DNA of 64,000 nucleotides from Raillietiella orientalis (taxonomy: Eukaryota). Location: assembly GCA_036172245.1 (NCBI GenBank), contig JAYWIR010000010.1, positions 3,410,001-3,474,000 on the forward strand, written 5' to 3'. Below the pieces are notes generated by a model. The model did no database searches. It was not told the DNA's origin and saw nothing but the letters and a program-made list of their open reading frames with translations. The first letter of the stretch is position 1. Every line of letters begins with the position of its first letter. Both the position numbers and the translations under genes were made by a program. Positions 60,831-64,000 of the stretch are shown here, piece after piece.

Positions 60831-62819
60831 ACGGATACACTTTTCAACAACGAGCACTACAGAACTACAGCAATTTTGTGTCTTTCCTTTCGTTTTCCAT
60901 CCCCGTATACTCTTCCTATTTTATCAACTGCATCTACTGATGCGATTTATTTTTCCTCTCGAATGACGTGATTTCGGTCGTTCAGATGCATTCCTGGAGT
61001 CTCCTGGCCCTATTCCATGAAGTTGCCATGCTCCAGCTTGCCTCACCTGCGGCTGATACCTACTACGGCATGTAGTGTCTCGAGTAAAATATGCGTCCCT
61101 CCTATGGGTCTAGAATCAGGCGATCTATCGAGGATCCCCATATGTAGTCCTCCGCCGTTCCGATTCATTCTCCCCATCGGCGTGGCACCTCACGTTGTGG
61201 ATTTCCTGCTGTGCCGATGCTGACTGAACAGCTCGTTGAATTTCCACGGAAATTGACCCCTGTGAGGCGACTCTTCTAGAATCTCTTCCCTCTGACAATC
61301 TTGATTGCATCCTCTTCTCCCTAGGTGTGCAGTCCTTTTTCGCGTGCCAGTATGTATGGTTCGCCATGCCCATGCCTTCCTGTTGGCAAATCTCATATTT
61401 CATTCTCGCCTGCTGCACACGTATTCTAATGTGCCGGTGGTGGATTCTGGAACTACTGGGTTTGTACAGTTGGGGCCACATACATGATTAGAGTATTCCC
61501 TGTCTGCTATGTATACCTCATATGCTCTTTACACAGGTTCCAATACTTTGTTGATGTCATGTGTTCATTTGATGTCTGGCTGCACCTGTTCGTTTGCCTC
61601 CGCAGTTTGGAACAAATCAAACAGCTTGGGCAGGCTAGCAGCGACGACAAAGGAACATCAAGAATTCCTCCTGGATCTGAACTCTTTCCGTATTTTCTGC
61701 TTCCTTTTCACCTTTTCTTTTGATTTGCTCATTGTGATGATGCTCTGTTTGCAAGTCGCTGCCTTCGGCACTTTATAGAAAAGAAAAAAAGTTTTCAATC
61801 CAGACATGCTGCGGCCAAACTTAAGACACCGGCAGGTTTTGATTCAGTGTCTTTCGTACTGTTCGCATTCCGTAACTTTCTGGACTCTGGCAATTTCTGG
61901 TATTCTTGCTTGGGACCTTTTTTGAAAGCATAAATTCACATAGAACCGACCTATCTCTATGAAAGTCTAGCTCTGAGTTCATATGCTTTTTTCAGCCACT
62001 AGGAACAGATATTAGCTCTTTCGGTTCTCTTAACTCCAAACAGTTTTGAGGATTCAGGCACCTCGCACCCTTAGTAAAGTTACAAATCAAAAACACATCC
62101 AGCTGGCAAATTCAGAATAACAGGGAAAATGGAGTTTAAAAAAATGCATTAGGTATCAATGACACAAATGTACTTCCGCCAATTCATTTTCTTCACTTTT
62201 AGTGATACCGGTAATACAAAGTACGTTGTGCAATTTGGATTATTGAATCATTTTTTTTTTTTCGATAAAATATCATTGGCTACACAAATTCCTTTAGTCT
62301 GCAGGCTGGCAACGCCATTTATACAGTGTCACTATCCTACATAAACTGCAATCTGTGAAATTGTGAAAAATTGCAAATTCTGTGAAATTGGAATGACACA
62401 GTACACTTCTATTGACAGTATTCGAGATTTCCCTCACTGCTAGAAAGTAAATTAAAAAAAAAAAAAGAAAGAAGCAAAAATACGATAGCTTTAAAGAATA
62501 CACACATAAAGTATCATAGCCTCAAACATGGCCTGTGAATAAATCACAACAGGACGTTTCTTCATAGCTACAGAAGACACTTCCCAGGCATCACAGATGA
62601 TTTTAAAAAAAAAAATTACACACAAAACGTGAAGCTGCGGACTTCATTACCAAACCCATGAATGATCAAATTGGTAAATTGATATGAATTGCTATTCATG
62701 GTTTCGAGGAAACTTGGAAAAGATTGCGTTTCCAAAGTCCGAAGTGCTCTGCAGGACTGCAAGAGATTTGGTTTACATATTGTGTCCACGATCACCACAA
62801 TTTGGTTTCGACTTCCCCA

Positions 62820-62899
62820 ATTAGGAAGTTGGCGCGGCCACGTGGATCGGTGAGGCATCCATGGGTTGGGTCTGATAGCGGCGCCGCCTCGTGTTGACC
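62820..62899 (+). promoter_or_regulatory. Putative POP1 promoter / 5' region with E-box
   Basis: Small CpG-rich patch within AT-rich DNA; palindrome CCACGTGG at 62838-62845 and GGAAGT at 62824-62829, about 55-75 nt upstream of an ACCATGG start. Confidence 0.5.
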
Positions 62900-63002
62900 A
62901 TGGACCTGCAAGCAGATGATCCTTCATCCCTGGAATCTATACAAATTGCTCAATATGTAAAAAGCCATGTTAAGGAGATATCTCTTTTGTCGTACTTGTT
63001 AG
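62900..63002 (+). CDS. POP1: Ribonuclease P/MRP protein subunit POP1, coding exon 1
   Basis: ACCATGG start; MDLQADDPSSLESIQIAQYVKSHVKEISLLSYLL resembles the POP1 N-terminal helix (I....F...R..EI..M); donor AG|GTAAAC, phase 1, compatible with the next exon. Confidence 0.75.
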
Positions 63003-63455
63003 GTAAACCAAAGTTAAATCCTTGTTCTCGTATCACCGAATTACGTTTGTTTCCGAGAAGGAGCACAGGCATTTTAAGGTGTAAATGAGTATTTTTTTCC
63101 CAACTAAATTTTGACACACGGTGCAGGGGTACTGTCATGTGGTATACGTCTCAATAATAGATTTCTTAAAGTCCTGCAGATGTACGACAAAGTACAAAAT
63201 TAAAGCTCGCATAAAAAGTGCAAAAGGCTTTTCTAAAAATTTTGTTCCATAAAAAAGAAATAGATGGTTTCCTTCGTATTAATTATTGAATAGTTATGAG
63301 TATATAATGTAATAATTGAATTTGAAATATTTGTTTATGCTTCATCATGTCAGAATGTGCTCGACATCCACGAATATGTTGCATCATATTAGTGCAGCAT
63401 ACATTAACAGAATATTGCACGTGCTTAAGTACTGATACCGGATTTAATTTTTCAG

Positions 63456-63585
63456 AACACAAAGATGAGGGACGTTGCTCTCTTCAGACAATACCCCGTC
63501 ACATGAGAAGAAGAGCTGCTAGTAATGATCCCAAAAGATTGCCCCACAAGTGGAAGAGTCTTCAGTCAAATTGCAATAAGTCAAA
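63456..63585 (+). CDS. POP1: POP1 coding exon 2
   Basis: Acceptor TTTTTCAG; encodes QTIPRHMRRRAASNDPKRLP (POP1 R-box, cf. QTLPRHMRRRAMSHN.KRLP); donor AA|GTAAAA, phase 2, 64-nt intron. Confidence 0.92.
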
Positions 63586-63649
63586 GTAAAAAGCTAGTAA
63601 TACCAATGTTAATTTTTTATTCATGAAAAGGAATCTCTTTAATAAACAG

Positions 63650-63857
63650 CTCAGCCAAAACTAAGAAGAAAAAAACGAAAGTTTCGTGTGAAGCACAGTT
63701 GAAGAGGAGAGAGAAAAATCAGTGGCTGGAAACACATTTGTGGCATGCTAAAAGATTCCATATGATTTATAAATGGGGTTTCAAAGTACCTAATTTTCCT
63801 TGTGATAAGAGTTATCATGCATGCTATAGAGCAGCCAAGAATTACTGTTTGCTACAG
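63650..63857 (+). CDS. POP1: POP1 coding exon 3 (gene continues beyond the window)
   Basis: Acceptor AAACAG gives a matching phase; encodes [17 protein letters not shown]....[20 protein letters not shown] (POP1 W-box); donor CAG|GTAGTT. Confidence 0.95.
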
Positions 63858-64000
63858 GTAGTTACTGTTGAAATTCATCAAAACTTTGCAAAAGACTCAT
63901 TTATTTTGAATAGCATTTCTCGTGTACTTGCTTCAAGGTCTGTCCCTTGAGGAGCTTTACTAATTACATGCAGTTTGTTCCTATTGTGATTCTACCTAAG

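Noticed and set aside
62490..62699. Head-to-head gene starting MNSNSYQFTNLIIHGFGNEV on the minus strand
   Set aside because: Candidate splice combinations run into stop codons, and no homology was recognised

Overview
Eukaryotic (animal, probably arthropod) genomic DNA, not prokaryotic, so almost all listed ORFs are incidental. Only one intact host gene is evident: the first three coding exons of POP1 (RNase P/MRP subunit) at the right end (62900-63857, +), with phase-compatible GT-AG introns and an upstream CACGTG box. The other ~62 kb is a graveyard of decayed mobile DNA. It contains: a GC-rich inhibitory-Smad (Smad6/7/Dad) MH2 pseudogene fragment; about 8 3'-end copies of a Tx1/L1-like LINE family (several with target-site duplications (TSDs), most ending in a conserved small hairpin rather than a poly(A) tail); about 5 copies of a long tRNA-headed SINE-like element with three B-box-like motifs and an internal ~40-bp tandem array of UNCG-type hairpins; a TSD-flanked 36-nt U2 snRNA 5' fragment; a degenerate NeSL/Utopia-type RLE LINE; and remnants of mariner, hAT, BEL/Pao, Ty3/gypsy and other LINE reverse transcriptases (RTs). 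All homologies were judged by eye from remembered family motifs; no database search was run.
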